Source: Octopus vulgaris | Taxonomy: Eukaryota | Assembly (NCBI GenBank): GCA_951406725.2 | Contig: OX597815.1 | Span: 14,632,001 to 14,696,000, forward strand | Length of the DNA: 64,000 bases | Direction of reading: 5' to 3' | In this document: positions 31,260 to 45,379 of the stretch, piece after piece | Numbering within the stretch: position 1 is the first letter of the stretch | How the letters are laid out: each line of letters opens with the position of its first letter | Translations under genes and position numbers: made by a program | Notes under the pieces: model-generated | The model's database searches: none | What the model was told of the DNA's origin: nothing | Seen by the model: only the letters and a program-made list of their open reading frames with translations

Positions 31260-31663
31260 AGGCGCAGGAGTGGCTGTGTGGTAAGTAGCTTGCTTACGAA
31301 CCACATGGTTCCGAGTTCAGTCCCACTGCATGGCATCTTGGGCAAGTGTCTTCTGCTATAGCCTCGGGCCGACCAATGCCTTGTGAGTGGATATGGTAGA
31401 CGGAAACTGAAAGAAGCCTGTCGTATATACGTATATATATATGTATGTGTGTGTGTATATGTTTGTGTGTCTGTGTTTGTCCCCCTAGCATTGCTTGACA
31501 ACCGATGCTGGTGTGTTTACGTCCCCGTCACTTAGCGGTTCAGCAAAATAGACTGATAGAATAAGTACTAGGCTTACAAAGAATAAGTCCCGGGGTCGAT
31601 TTTTTCGACTAAAGGTGGTGCTCCAGCATGGCCGCAGTCAACTGACTGAAACAAGTAAAAGAG
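31260..31663 (+). mobile_element. tRNA-derived SINE, duplicated copy
   Basis: Same element and junctions as 8421-8826. Confidence 0.85.
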
Positions 31664-33361
31664 TTATCCATTATCCAAAAACAAAAGGTCCCGGTCACTA
31701 GTCATGGCCTCGGTGTCTAGTGAGGCAATGGATTGGGTTATTCCTGGAACCAAAACACTCTAAAGTGGAGCCTGTATTGAGTCTGCATCAAAAGATAGTC
31801 GCTCATCTGCTATTCACTGAAAACTGAAGGTAATTGGAATACGGTAATTACTTAATACCCTTTATGCACAATTTTATAGACACAGCACTTATAAAATAAA
31901 TATTCGCTCATATTTTTCCAGTTTTCTCATAAACAGAAAAAAATTACATTTTAAAATTTACATAGGCACAATTTCTTATCTAAAACACGAGAAGTGTATA
32001 CTAAAAAAATTACCTTATATGTAAAATATAGGTGTCAGAATTTAATGTAACATGGCTTACTCTGAAAACCACATCAGTGGTAACTTGTAAGCCAAGGTGA
32101 TAGGTCAGAGAGTCAATACACATTTCAATATGTAGGATTTGTAAAAAAACTTAGTTCAAATAAAAAAAAAACATTACTTTTCACTTTGTATTCACCATCA
32201 TCTGTCTCTCTCTACCTTTCTTTAACCTCTCCATCAGGACATTACCCACCTTCTAAAATTATATTCCTTACTCTCCTCTATATCACAACCTTAACTAAAT
32301 ATGTCCCCCTATCACGTCATACACACTTCTCACTCTTCCCGTCTCACTCATGGCCTTATCCTTTCTCTCCAATCACATGAAAGTGTTACTGACGACCTAA
32401 GTATCGTAATGACAAGTAGAATTCTTATAAGACCACCTTCCTTTACTTTTCCCTCTCTCTCACCCCACTACTCTAACTTACATAAATACACCAGTTGAAC
32501 AAACAAGCTTCTGATTACATATATACACGTACATTATTTTTGTGGGTGGTTTGGATAATATTTTTTGCAAGGTAATTACAAATCACATAAGGAGACCGGA
32601 GAAAAGTTTGATGTTATTTATTCAGCATTACATGTGTTTCATTTCCTAATAGGAATCAAAAGCTTTTAGATGTGTAGAAAACATGTAAGATATTTCCTAT
32701 AAGAAATTCTTCAGAGATACATATGTGTGTGTGTGTGTGTGTTCCCTTGTCCAGATATTATGTGATGTTCGTAAAGGGCCATCATGACCGTCATACTTGT
32801 GCAGTTGTTCATTTCCAGTCCTCTGCGTAAAATATGTCTCACCAGGGAAAATATTTCCTTGCTTGGAAACAGGTGAGGATTGGTCACAAGAAAGGTACCC
32901 AGATGTAGAAAATCTCCATCAATGAATTCCATCTGATCCACAGAAGCATGAATAGGAGAATGTTAAATGATGAGGATCACCATCATCGGGGTTCGTCTTC
33001 TGTATGAATGCATTTACATTTCAATAATTGATCATTTTCATAGATTGAGTTATCAGAAAAAGCTTAGGCTACAGTTATATCTTTCATATTGATAGGACTG
33101 TGTACAAACAATTCACCATTTTGGAAGAATGATTCAGGGTTAACATCACAGTGATATGTTTTCCTTCCTCAGTCAATGCTCTTTTGATTCAATAATGGAT
33201 GATTTCATGTCAAAGATTTACCATAGATGTCACATTCATATAGTTTCTATATTCTGTGGATGTCTTTATGAGATACGTCCTTTGTCCTTCTGAGGAAATG
33301 TTATACAACAAATATCACTGTGTTAGGGATGCACTTCACAAGGAAAGACTTGTTTAAATCA

Positions 33362-33496
<135 letters not shown>

Positions 33497-35701
33497 CTAC
33501 CCTGTATGAATATGTTTGTGTTGAGTTAAGCCACTGTTCTGAGTGAATGATTTACTACAAATATCACAGCGATATGGTTTCTCCCCTGTATGAACACGCT
33601 TGTGTATAGTTAAGCTACTGCTTCGAGAGAATGATGTTCCACAGATATCACAGGTATATGGTTTCTCCCCTGTATGAATACGTTTGTGTTGAGTTAAGAC
33701 ACTGTTCTGAGAGAATGATCTTCCACAGATATCACAGGTATATGGTTTCTCCCCTGTATGAATACGTTTGTGTTGAGTTAAGACACTGTTCTGAGAGAAT
33801 GATCTTCCACAGATATCACAGGTATATGGTTTCTCCCCTGTATGAACACGCTTGTGTTTAGTTAAGCTACTGCTTAGAGAGAATGATGTTCCACAGATAT
33901 CACAGGTATATGGTTTCTCCCCTGTATGAATACGTTTGTGTTTATTTAAGAAACTGTTCTGAGAGAATGATTTACCACAGATATCACAGGTATATGGTTT
34001 CTCTCCTGTATGGATACGTGTGTGTTGAGTTAAGCCACCGCTATGAGAGAATGATTTACCACAGATATCACAGGAATATGGTTTCTCTCCTGTATGGATA
34101 CGTGTGTGTTCAGTTAAGCCACCGCTACGAGAGAAAGATTTACCACAGATATCACAGTGATATGGTTTCTCACCTGTATGAATACGTTTGTGTCGAGTTA
34201 AATGACTGTGATCAGAGAATGATTTTCCACAGATATCACAGGTATATGGTTTCTCCTCTGTATGAACCCATTTGTGAGTAGTTAAGCGACCGCTATGAGA
34301 GAATGATTTACCACAGATATCACAGGAATATGGTTTCTCTCCTGTATGGATACGTGTGTGTTTACTTAAGTGACTGCAAGCAGTGAATGATTTACCACAG
34401 ATATCACAGTGATATGGTTTCTCACCTGTATGAATACGTGTGTGTTCAGTTAAGCCACCGCTACGAGAGAAAGATTTACCACAGATATCACAGTGATATG
34501 GTTTCTCACCTGTATGAATACGTTTGTGTCGAGTTAAATGACTGTGATCAGAGAATGATTTTCCACAGATATCACAGGTATATGGTTTCTCCTCTGTATG
34601 AACCCATTTGTGAGTAGTTAAGCGACCGCTATGAGAGAATGATTTACCACAGATATCACAGGTATATGGTTTCTCTCCTGTATGGATACGTGTGTGTTCA
34701 GTTAAGCCACCGCTACGAGAGAAAGATTTACCACAGATATCACAGTGATATGGTTTCTCACCTGTATGAATACGTTTGTGTCGAGTTAAATGACTGTGAT
34801 CAGAGAATGATTTTCCACAGATATCACAGGTATATGGTTTCTCTCCTGTATGGATACGTGTGTGTTTACTTAAGTGACTGCAAGCAGTGAATGATTTACC
34901 ACAGATATCACAGTGATATGGTTTCTCCCCAGTATGAATACGATTGTGCTTAGTTAGGTTAGTGTTTCGAGAGAATGATATACCACAGATATCACAGTGA
35001 TATGGTTTCTCGCCTGTATGAATACGATTGTGCTTAGTTAAGCTGCCGCTTTGAGAGAAAGATTTACTACAGATATCACAGGAATATGGTTTCTCCCCTG
35101 TATGAGTACGTTTGTGCTTAGTTACGCTACTTCCATCAGGGAAAGATTTACCACAGATATCACAGTGATATGGTTTCTCCCCTGTATGAATGTGTTTGTG
35201 AGTTGTCAAGTTACTTCCTGAAGTGAAGGATTTACCACAGATATCACAATGATAAGGTTTCTCCCCTGTATGAGTACGTTTGTGCTTAGTTACGCTACTT
35301 CCATGAGGGAAAGATTTACCACAGATATCACAGTGATATGGTTTCTCCCCTGTATGAATGTGTTTGTGAGTTGTCAAGTTACTTCCTGAAGTGAAGGATT
35401 TACCACAGATATCACAATGATAAGGTTTCTCTCCTGTATGAACCCGTTTGTGTCGAGTTAAGTGACTGCCATTAGAGAATGATTTACCACAGATATCACA
35501 GTGATATGGTTTCTCTCCTGTATGAATACGTTTGTGTTGAGTTAAGCTATTCCTGTGAGACAATGATTTACCACTGATATCACAGTGATATGGTGCTTCC
35601 CCTGCATGAATTTGTTTGTGTTGATTGAGTTTACTTTCTTCTAAGAATGACTCTTTGCAGATGTCACAGTCATATGATGATTTTCCTAATTCTTCCGACA
35701 T
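33497..35701 (-). CDS. C2H2 zinc-finger protein copy 4 (long type, 734 aa, 26 fingers)
   Basis: Intact ORF of 26 repeats from ATG 35701, ending HIHTG-TAG. Confidence 0.94.
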   Translation of the reverse strand: MSEELGKSSYDCDICKESFLEESKLNQHKQIHAGEAPYHCDISGKSLSHRNSLTQHKRIHTGEKPYHCDICGKSFSNGSHLTRHKRVHTGEKPYHCDICGKSFTSGSNLTTHKHIHTGEKPYHCDICGKSFPHGSSVTKHKRTHTGEKPYHCDICGKSFTSGSNLTTHKHIHTGEKPYHCDICGKSFPDGSSVTKHKRTHTGEKPYSCDICSKSFSQSGSLTKHNRIHTGEKPYHCDICGISFSRNTNLTKHNRIHTGEKPYHCDICGKSFTACSHLSKHTRIHTGEKPYTCDICGKSFSDHSHLTRHKRIHTGEKPYHCDICGKSFSRSGGLTEHTRIHTGEKPYTCDICGKSFSHSGRLTTHKWVHTEEKPYTCDICGKSFSDHSHLTRHKRIHTGEKPYHCDICGKSFSRSGGLTEHTRIHTGEKPYHCDICGKSFTACSHLSKHTRIHTGEKPYSCDICGKSFSHSGRLTTHKWVHTEEKPYTCDICGKSFSDHSHLTRHKRIHTGEKPYHCDICGKSFSRSGGLTEHTRIHTGEKPYSCDICGKSFSHSGGLTQHTRIHTGEKPYTCDICGKSFSQNSFLNKHKRIHTGEKPYTCDICGTSFSLSSSLTKHKRVHTGEKPYTCDICGRSFSQNSVLTQHKRIHTGEKPYTCDICGRSFSQNSVLTQHKRIHTGEKPYTCDICGTSFSRSSSLTIHKRVHTGEKPYRCDICSKSFTQNSGLTQHKHIHTG

Positions 35702-38700
35702 CTCTTCGAGAAAAATAAGACTGAACCTTTTAGTTGTACAGATCAACAACTTTTCAAAAATATTTCTTCTCTCACCAAAATATATGGATATTTTTCTTCT
35801 TTTTGTTTTTATAGTTTATTCCAAACAAATATCACTTCTCTTATATTTCTTCTAAATGTGATCAATGCCAATATTTAAAAATGCCGCAAATACTCTTTGG
35901 AAATCTATCAAAGTATATTTAAAAGAGAAAATTATCTCTTCCACATTTCAGACACAGAAGTAAAGAAATGCTTTCTCTCTCAGAGGAAATATTTTACTGT
36001 AACTCAGCAATATTTTATAGAAGCAGGATTATACGTTTGTCGAATATCTTTGCAGAGTCTTTTAAACATGACACACATTGATGATTCTTTAAAAGTAAAA
36101 AATACTTTTTAGCCAATTTCATGTGATTTTCTGAAAGAATAGGAAAATAATATAAGACATCAAGTATGTTTAAAAGGCAGATATTCAAAAGTGCAAATTT
36201 ACGACATTTCTTGTTTCAAAAATTTTAGATGTAATTCTTTATCTGTACTATTAAATTTATCCAATTTCTACATTACCAAAATGTTTATATCATAGAGTAG
36301 ACACATCTATTATAATACCAAACTCCTGGAATATAAAGTCTGTCGTAGACACACTTCCACATACACACACACACACACCAATATACATATAAATGACACT
36401 AGATTTCTGATGTTTTCATTGCAGTCTTGTATCTTTGTTTGCTAAAATAGATATCGCTCTTTCCCTAACTTCATCATCATCGTTTAACATCTGCTTTCCA
36501 TGCTGGCATGGGTTGTGAGGTTTGACTGAGGACTGGCAAGCCATGAGGTTGAACAAGGTTTCAATCTTATCAGGCAAGATTTCTACAGCTGGATGCTGTT
36601 TGAGCGTGTAGTGGTTTCCTTTTATATGTGCCACGGAGCCAGTCAGGTAGCATTGGTATCGACTATGCTTGAATGGTGCCTTTTAACGTGCCACCGGCAC
36701 GGGTGCAAGTCAGGCAGCACTAGCATCAATCATGTTCAAATGGTACTTTTTACATGCTACCTGCATGGGAGCCATATATACAAATACATGTATATATATA
36801 TATATACATATATATATATAAGGTTAGCTCAACGTTAATATTTTGCTGAGCATAAAAGATGAATAAATGTCAGTAAATAATATTGATGTCTCACTAACAG
36901 CATCAAAATCTTTGTGGGGAAATTTTAATGTAGGAAAAATTATTGGTTGATGTGGAGAATGAAAGCCAGATTCCTCCAAAGAGTTTGGCGCGTCCTGAAG
37001 AAGGCAATGTGCTGTTGAAATGGCCACCACGTTCACCTGAGCTGACACCTTGCCATTTCTTTCTCAGGGAGGGCCTAGTCTATGTCTCCCCTCTTCCTGC
37101 AAGCCCAGAGGAACTTAAGCAGAGAATTATTACCATACTGGTCGTGAGATGTGCGAAAAATAACAGCTAAATAGCTCATAAATCACAGTTCATTGTTTTC
37201 TTTTTTGGTTGCCTGACCGAACGAATTCTCGTACGCAGAAATTTCTGAAAATTCCCCCAAATAAAAATATGTGACGAGGGATTATATTAGGTGCTTAAAG
37301 TAGCACTACACACACACAAAAATTAAATAAATTAGAAAACCATATTAATTCTAACTTTTAATGATGCAGAAGAACCACCAGAAATAAAAACTTCCTATGT
37401 TTCAAATAAAAGCTTTTCCATTTCCTCTCGATGCGATATTTGCTTTTCGTTTCAGTATTTCAAGTGCACACTCGTATTTTTATACATTCCCCATTTCTAA
37501 CTAATTACATCGTAATTTTCCCGCATTTAACGAAATTGTCGAATTTACACGTTAGAAAGAAAGATAAATGTTATCTAAACAAGGGATTGATCCGACGTTT
37601 TTACAAATAATTTAGAAAATAACCAAAAGTGCAATGAAATGTCTAAAAGAAAACGACAACACAAAAGTATTAAAATTACAGCCTTTCGTATAATTTCGTC
37701 TTAGTGAGATTTTTTTTTCCTTTTAACTTTCTCAACACATCGAAACAAATAAATGTACACAATACGACACATATATAATAGAAATGTTTAAATAAATACT
37801 TACATAGTAATAGATATGGAGAGAAAGAGTGAAGGAGGAAGACGTGAGAACTGGAGTCAGAGTGGACAACGACAGCTTCAAGAGAATTTCTAGATTTCTA
37901 CAACAAACGTTAATTAATATTTTTCAGGTCCACATAATCGTAAATGGGGTATCTGTTTCTTTAGACAGTTACTTACCAATCACTTGTATATATTTGATTG
38001 GATTTTCTCTTAAATATCAGTTGTCAAGTGGAACTGATCAAGCAATCAAGGTGCGTGGGAAACAAGAACAAGAAATACTCTTAATGAGGAAGAACAACGG
38101 GAACTAACTCCGGTCTTTAAAGAATTGCGGCTCTACTTTAATAGATTTGGGATTTTGTGAAAGAGATTTCTTCAATATTCGGCTTCATCGCTGTTATGTG
38201 TTGTTTTCTTCTAATGGGATAAACAACTCAATACGAAGCATAGTTATTCTTTTACGTGTTTAATTACTTTTTCATGTTACGCGAACTGAACTACATTCCG
38301 CGCAGCGACACCGGTATAACTTTAGACACAGCGTAGTAATACTTATAAAATAGTGCCAAAAGCGGGGACGTATTCCACACACACACGCATATATATGAAC
38401 GTGTAACATCCCTTTTTTTTAAAAAAAAAAGGGTCTTTTGGCAGTGAAGACAAATATAGCAGTCTCCCTTACTCTAATGGATTGTCAGCGCGAGGTGGAA
38501 ATCCTGCAGCAGAAACCGTGAGATTATTCTGCCTCTGCTTTGTAATCGAGCAGAATTAGTTACTTGTCTTTTCATTTATTTGGAAAAAACTTTATCATGA
38601 ATAAAAAGAGAAAATATTTACGTTTTTTAAAATCAAAATATACCATTGGTTTAATTGCCTAAAAAACATTTTCCGATTAATTATCCCACCGCTGCCACCA

Positions 38701-40148
38701 TGTTATGTTTTATTTCGTTCTAATGGGATAAACAACTCAATACGAAGCCATTGTTATTCTTTTACGTGTTTAATTACCTTTTCATGTTACACGAACTGGA
38801 CTACATTCAGCGTAGTGATACATATAAACTTTATACTGTCACTAACAAAATAGTGCCAAAAGTGGGGATGTATTCTACTTACGTATACCTGCGTATTCAC
38901 ACAGATATGAATGTGTCACACTGTGGTTTAAAGTTTGATCATTCTTACCCATTAAGAAAACAATATTTGGAAGCTGTCATTTTGTTCATGTAAAGAAGGG
39001 GTGTGAAATGTCAAATTATTGTGATTTTGGACTTTTTACAGGTTAATTCATACGATTCTGCAAATACGTAATATAAAAAAAACTTTGTTCAATTAAAAAC
39101 AAATTACTTTTAACTATGCACTGTCCATCACCATTTCCTCCACCACAACCATCATCTCTCTATCTCTCTTTGTGCCTCAAATCTCACCATCAGAACATCA
39201 CCACTCTGCTAAAATTATATTGCTAACTTCTCTATATCATCAACTTCAACTAACTTTTTTAACGATGTAAGAAATATTATGTTCCCCTCTATCACATATC
39301 ATGTACACTTCTCTCTGTTCCTCTTTCTATCTTACTCTTTGCTTTAATATATGGGTGCTTGAAACTCTTAGATAAGAATTGCTGGGACCAGTATTCCGTT
39401 TGGGACATGCTTTTGAAAAGGAAAGAAAGCATGCCCTTTTTTGGAACGACTTCTGACTGGAGACGAAAAATGGATTGCATGCTTAATGTGCAAAACTGAT
39501 CCTGGAGTTTGCAGAAATATCCCCCAAGCAGCCAAAGATGAATATCCATGGCAACAAACCCGTCCTTTGTGTTTGGTGGAAACATAAAGGCATTAATATG
39601 ACCTTCTCCCATGAAACCAGACCATTCATTCTGTTGTGTTCTGTCGTCAACTGGCTAATTTGAACCAAAATATATCAAAGAACTGCGGCTGGAGATTACC
39701 AACAGAAAAGCATTAGTCTTCCAACAAGACAATGCCCGATCATTGTCAAATAGAAAGGATTCACCCTATCTCCCTCATATTCCTTATAGTCTTCATTTTT
39801 ATGTCGTATGTTTTTTAAACCAATATTCTTTCACCCGATGCATTCTTAATTGAATTCTTTTCTTTTGCTTTGCATCTCTTACAGATTTAAGTCTTTAATT
39901 TTATAAATATATATTTATATAATCTTTTAGCTGTTTATCCATTATCCAAAAACAAAAGGTCCCGGTCACTAGTCATGGCCTTGGTGTCCAGTGAGGCAAT
40001 GGATTGGGTTATTCCTGACACCAAAACACTCTAAAGTGGAGCCTGTATTGTGTCTGCATCAAAAGATAGTCGCTCATCTGCTACTCACTGAAAACTGAAG
40101 GAAATTGGAATACGGTAATTACTTAATACACTTTATGCACAATTTTAT

Positions 40149-41260
40149 GAGGTTGTCACAGTTCTAGGACAGCACTCTTCGCCCTATGAGATGACATCTG
40201 GTGTACCACAGGGATCTGTTCTTGGCCCCCTTTTATTTGTTGCATATGTTAATGACATAGATGCCAACTTAAAGAATGCCACAGTGCTGAAATATGCAGA
40301 TGACATCAAGCTGTACCTCGAAATAAAGAGGTCAAATCCTGTACACTATAGATCTCTATTGCAAGCAGACCTGGACACAATGCAGCAGTGGATCATGGAC
40401 TGGCAACTCAAGCTGGCTGAGGACAAATGTACCACCATGCCTTTTGGGAGAAACCCAGCGTCCACCTACTCCCTCCACAACGCTAGTCTCAAAAAGTCTT
40501 CATGTGAACGTGACCTGGGTGTTATTGTCGACAGTGATTTGCGTTGGACAAAACACATCGCTAAAATTGTCAAGAAGGCTGAGGGTGTCTTGGCATCACT
40601 CACCAAATCCTTTGTGAGCCGCACTCCGGCTATACATCTGCGGCTTTATATAGCTATGGTAAGACCTCACCTGGAATTTGCATCACTGGTCTGGAACCCT
40701 TATCTTGCCCAGGATATCAATCGTCTGGAAGCTGTTCAGCGACGTGCAACCAAAAGAATACCCTCCATCAGGCATTTGCCATATCCTGAACGCCTTACTT
40801 CCCTGGGCATGGACACATTGAAACTCCGACGTCTGGCAGTTGAAGTGGCAGACACCCATAAAATTATCAACCATCATACAAACAATAACTCTGAGCACCT
40901 TTTCAAACTCCACCCATCTAACACCCGTGGACATATTTACAAAGTAAGAAAACAGCAGTTCCCATGACTTCAGGAAACATTTTTTCATGCTGAGAGTTGC
41001 TGAAGCATGGAACAAACTGCCGGCATCAGTTGTTAGTTGTCGGAGCACTGCATCCTTCAAAACTTCCATGCTTCCTGAGATCCGCCAACGCTACACTTGA
41101 TTTTCTCCCCTCCATACACACACAAGCATGTATCTGACACATACATTGTTCGCTTTCCAGACATTTCTACATTACTGCATGTACTTTATATGCACTTTCT
41201 GACAAGTTGTGGTGCACCTGAGCACTGTATGCAATAATTTCATTATTATTATATTATTAT
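40149..41260 (+). mobile_element. 5'-truncated CR1/L2-like LINE, duplicated copy
   Basis: Same junctions and ORF (40191-40967) as the 17474 copy. Confidence 0.9.
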
Positions 41261-42962
41261 AAAATAAATATTTGCTCATATTTTTCCAGTTTTCTCATAA
41301 ACAGAAAAAGATTACATTTTAAAATTTACATGGGCACAATTTCTTATCTGAAACACGAGAAGTGTATACTAAAAAAATTACCTTATATGTAAAATATAGA
41401 GGTCAGAATTTAATGTAACATGGCTTACTCTGAAAACCACATCAGTGGTAACTTGTAAGCCAAGGTGATGGGTCAGAGAGCCAATACACATGTCAATTTT
41501 TAAGATTTGTAAAAAAAACTTAGTTCAAGTAAAAAAAAAAAACATTACTTTTCACTTTGTATTCACCATCACAACCACCACCATCATCTGTCTCTCTCTA
41601 CCTTTCTTTAACCTCTCCATCAGGACATTACCCACCTTCTAAAATTATATTCCTTACTCTCCTCTATATCACAACCTTAACTAAATATGTCCCCCTATCA
41701 CGTCATACACACTTCTCACTCTTCCCGTCTCACTCATGGCCTTATCCTTTCTCTCCAATCACATGAAAGTGTTACTGTCGACCTAAGTATCGTAATGACA
41801 AGCAGAATTATTATAAGACCACCTTCCTTTACTTTTCCCACCCTCTCACCCCACTACTCTAACTAACATAAATACACCAGTTGAACAAACAAACTTCTGA
41901 TTACATATATACACCTACAATATTTTTGTGGGTGGTTTGGATAATATTTTTTGCAAGGTAATTACAAATCACATAAGGAGACCGGAGAAAATTTTGATAT
42001 TATTTATTCAGCATTACATGTGTTTCATTTCCTAATAGGAATCAAAAGCTTTTAGATGTGTAGAAAACATGAAAGATATTTCCTATAAGAAATTCTTCAG
42101 AGATACATATGTGTGTGTGTGTGTGTGTGTGTGTATCCTTGTCCAGATATTATGTGATGTTCGGAAAGGGCCATCATGACCGTCTTGTGCAGTTGTTCAT
42201 TTCCAGTCCTTCGCGTGAAATATGTCTCACCAGGGAAAATATTTCCTTGCTTGGAAACAGGTGAGGATTGGTCACAAGAAAGGTACCCAGATGTAGAAAA
42301 TCTCCATCAATGAATTCCATCTGATCCACAGAAGCATGAATAGGAGAATGTTAAATGATGAGGATCATCATCATCGGGGTTCGTCTTCTGTATGAATGCA
42401 TTTACATTTCAATAATTGATCATTTTCATAGATTGAGTTATCAGAAAAAGCTTAGGCTACAGTTATATCTTTCATATTAATAGGACTGTGTACAAACAAT
42501 TCACCAATTTGAAAGAATGATTCAGGGTTAACATCACAGTGATATGTTTTCGTTCCTCAGTCAATGCTCTTTTGATTCAATAATGGATGATTTCATGTCA
42601 AAGATTTACCATAGATGTCACATTCATATAGTTTCTATATTCTGTGGATGTCTTTATGAGATACGTCCTTTGTCCTTCTGAGGAAATGTTATACAACAAA
42701 TATCACTGTGTTAGGGACCCACTTCAGAAGGAAAGACTTGTTTAAATCAGAAATGATTTTGTGTAAATGATTTGCCACAGATATCACTGTGAATTGATTT
42801 CTCTTGAATGTGAATGCATTTGAGTATAGTAAAGTGACTGTTTCCAGAGAACATCTTACAACAGATATCACAGGTATATGGTTTCTACCCTGTATGAATA
42901 TGTTTGTGTTGAGTTAAGCCACTGTTCTCAGAGAAAGATTTACCACAGATATTACAAGGTTA

Positions 42963-44249
42963 TCATTCCGCCCCTGTATGAATACACTTGTGTTTAGTTA
43001 AGCTGCTGCTTTCGGAGAACGATCTTCCACACATATCACAATGATAACGTTTCTCTCCAGTATGAACCCGTTTGTGTCGAGTTAAGTGACTGCCATTAGA
43101 GAATGATTTACCACAGATATCACAGTGATATGGTTTCTCCCCTGTATGAATACGCTTGTGTTTAGTTAAGACACTGTTCTGAGAGAATGATTTACCACAG
43201 CTATCGCAGGAATATGGCTTCTCTCCTGTATGAATACGTTTGTGCGTAGTGAGGGTAGTGTTTTGAGAGAATGATATACCACAGATATCACAGTGATATG
43301 GTTTCTCCCCCGTATGAATATGTTTGTGCGTAGTTAGGGTAGTGTTGTGAGAGAATGATATACCACAGATATCACAGTGATATGGTTTCTCGCCTGTATG
43401 AATACGATTGTGCTTAGTTAAGCTGCTGCTTTGAGAGAAAGATTTACCACAGATTTCACAGGAATATGGTTTCTCCCCTGTATGAATACATTTGTGAGAT
43501 GCCAAGCTACTTCCTGAAGTGAAGGATTTACCACAGATATCACAATGATACGGTTTGTCCCCACCGTGAACCCGTCTGTGACTACTTAAGTTACCTTCTC
43601 GATAGAATGATTTACCACAGATATCACAGTGATATGGTTTCTTCCCTGTATGAATGTGTTTGTGAGTTGTCAAGTTACTTCCTGAAGTGAAGGATCTGCC
43701 ACAGATATCACAATGATAAGGTTTCTCTCCTGTATGAACCCGTTTGTGTTGAGTTAAGTGACTGCCAATAGAGAATGATTTACCACAGATATCACAGTGA
43801 TATGGTTTCTCTCCTGTATGAATACGTTTGTGTTGAGTTAAGCTATTCCTGTGACACAATGATTTACCACAAATATCACAGTGATATGGTTTCTTCCTTG
43901 TATGAATGTGTTTGTGAGATGTCAAGTTACTTCCTGAAATGAAGGATTTACCACAGATATCACAATGATAAGGTTTCTCTCCTGTATGAACCCGTTTGTG
44001 TCGAGTTAAGTGACTGCTATTAGAGAATGATTTACCACAGATATCACAGTGATATGGTTTCTCCCCTGTATGAATACGTTTGTGTTGAGTTAAGCTATTC
44101 CTGTGAGACAATGATTTACCACTGATATCACAGTGATATGGTGCTTCCCCTGCATGAATTTGTTTGTGTTGATTGAGTTTACTTTCTTCTAAGAATGACT
44201 CTTTGCAGATGTCACAGTCATATGATGATTTTCCTAATTCTTCCGACAT
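42963..44249 (-). CDS. C2H2 zinc-finger protein copy 5 (short type, 428 aa, 15 fingers)
   Basis: Intact ORF; matches copy 3 minus one 84-bp finger, with a few substitutions. Confidence 0.93.
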   Translation of the reverse strand: MSEELGKSSYDCDICKESFLEESKLNQHKQIHAGEAPYHCDISGKSLSHRNSLTQHKRIHTGEKPYHCDICGKSFSNSSHLTRHKRVHTGEKPYHCDICGKSFISGSNLTSHKHIHTRKKPYHCDICGKSLCHRNSLTQHKRIHTGEKPYHCDICGKSFSIGSHLTQHKRVHTGEKPYHCDICGRSFTSGSNLTTHKHIHTGKKPYHCDICGKSFYREGNLSSHRRVHGGDKPYHCDICGKSFTSGSSLASHKCIHTGEKPYSCEICGKSFSQSSSLTKHNRIHTGEKPYHCDICGISFSHNTTLTTHKHIHTGEKPYHCDICGISFSQNTTLTTHKRIHTGEKPYSCDSCGKSFSQNSVLTKHKRIHTGEKPYHCDICGKSFSNGSHLTRHKRVHTGEKRYHCDMCGRSFSESSSLTKHKCIHTGAE

Positions 44250-45328
44250 CTCTTCAAGAAAAATAAGACTGAACCTTTTAGTTGTACAGATCAACAACTT
44301 TTCAAAAATATTTCTTCTCTCACCAAAATATATGGATATTTTTCTTCTTTTTGTTTTTATAGTTTATTCCAAACAAATATCACTTCTCTTATATTTCTTC
44401 TAAATGTGATCAATGCCAATATTTAAAAATGCCGCAAATATTCTTTGGAAATCTATCAAAGTATATTTAAAAGAGAAAATTATCTCTTGCACATTTCAGA
44501 CACAGAAGTAAAGAAATGCTTTCTCTCTCAGAGGAAATATTTTACTGTAACTCAGCAACGTTTTATAGAAGCAGGATTATACGTTTATCGAATATCTTTG
44601 CAGAGTCGTTTAAACATGAAACACATTGATGATTCTTTAAAAGTAAAAATTACTTTTTAGCCAATTTCATGTGATTTTCTGAAAGAATAGGAAAATAATA
44701 TAAGATATGAAGTATGTTTAAAAGGCAGATATTCAAAAGTGCAAATTTACGACATTTCTTGTTTCAAAAATTCTAGATGTAATTCTTTATCTGAACTATT
44801 AAATTCATCCAATTTCTGCATTAGCAAAATGTTTATATCATAGCGGAGACACATCTATTATAATACCAACTCCTGGAATGTAAAGTCTGTCATAGACACA
44901 CTTCCACATACACACAAACACACCAATATACATATAAATGACACTAGATTTCTGATGTTTTCATTGCAGTCTTGTATCTTTGTTTGCTAAAATAGATATC
45001 GCTCTTTCCCTACCTTCATCATCATCGTTTAACATCTGCTTTCCACGCTGGCATGGGTTGTGAGGTTTGACTAAGGACTGGCAAGCCATGAGGTTGAACA
45101 AGGTTTCAATCTTATCAGGCAAGATTTCTACAGCTGGATGCTGTTTGAGTGTGTAGCGGTTGCCTTTTATATGTGCCACGGAGCCAGTCAGGTAGCATTG
45201 GTATCGACTATGCTTGAATGGTGCCTTTTAACGTGCTACCGGCACGGGTGCAAGTCAGGCAGCACTAGCATCAATCATGTTCAAATGGTACTTTTTACAT
45301 GCTACCTGCATGGGAGCCATATATACAA

Positions 45329-45379
<51 letters not shown>

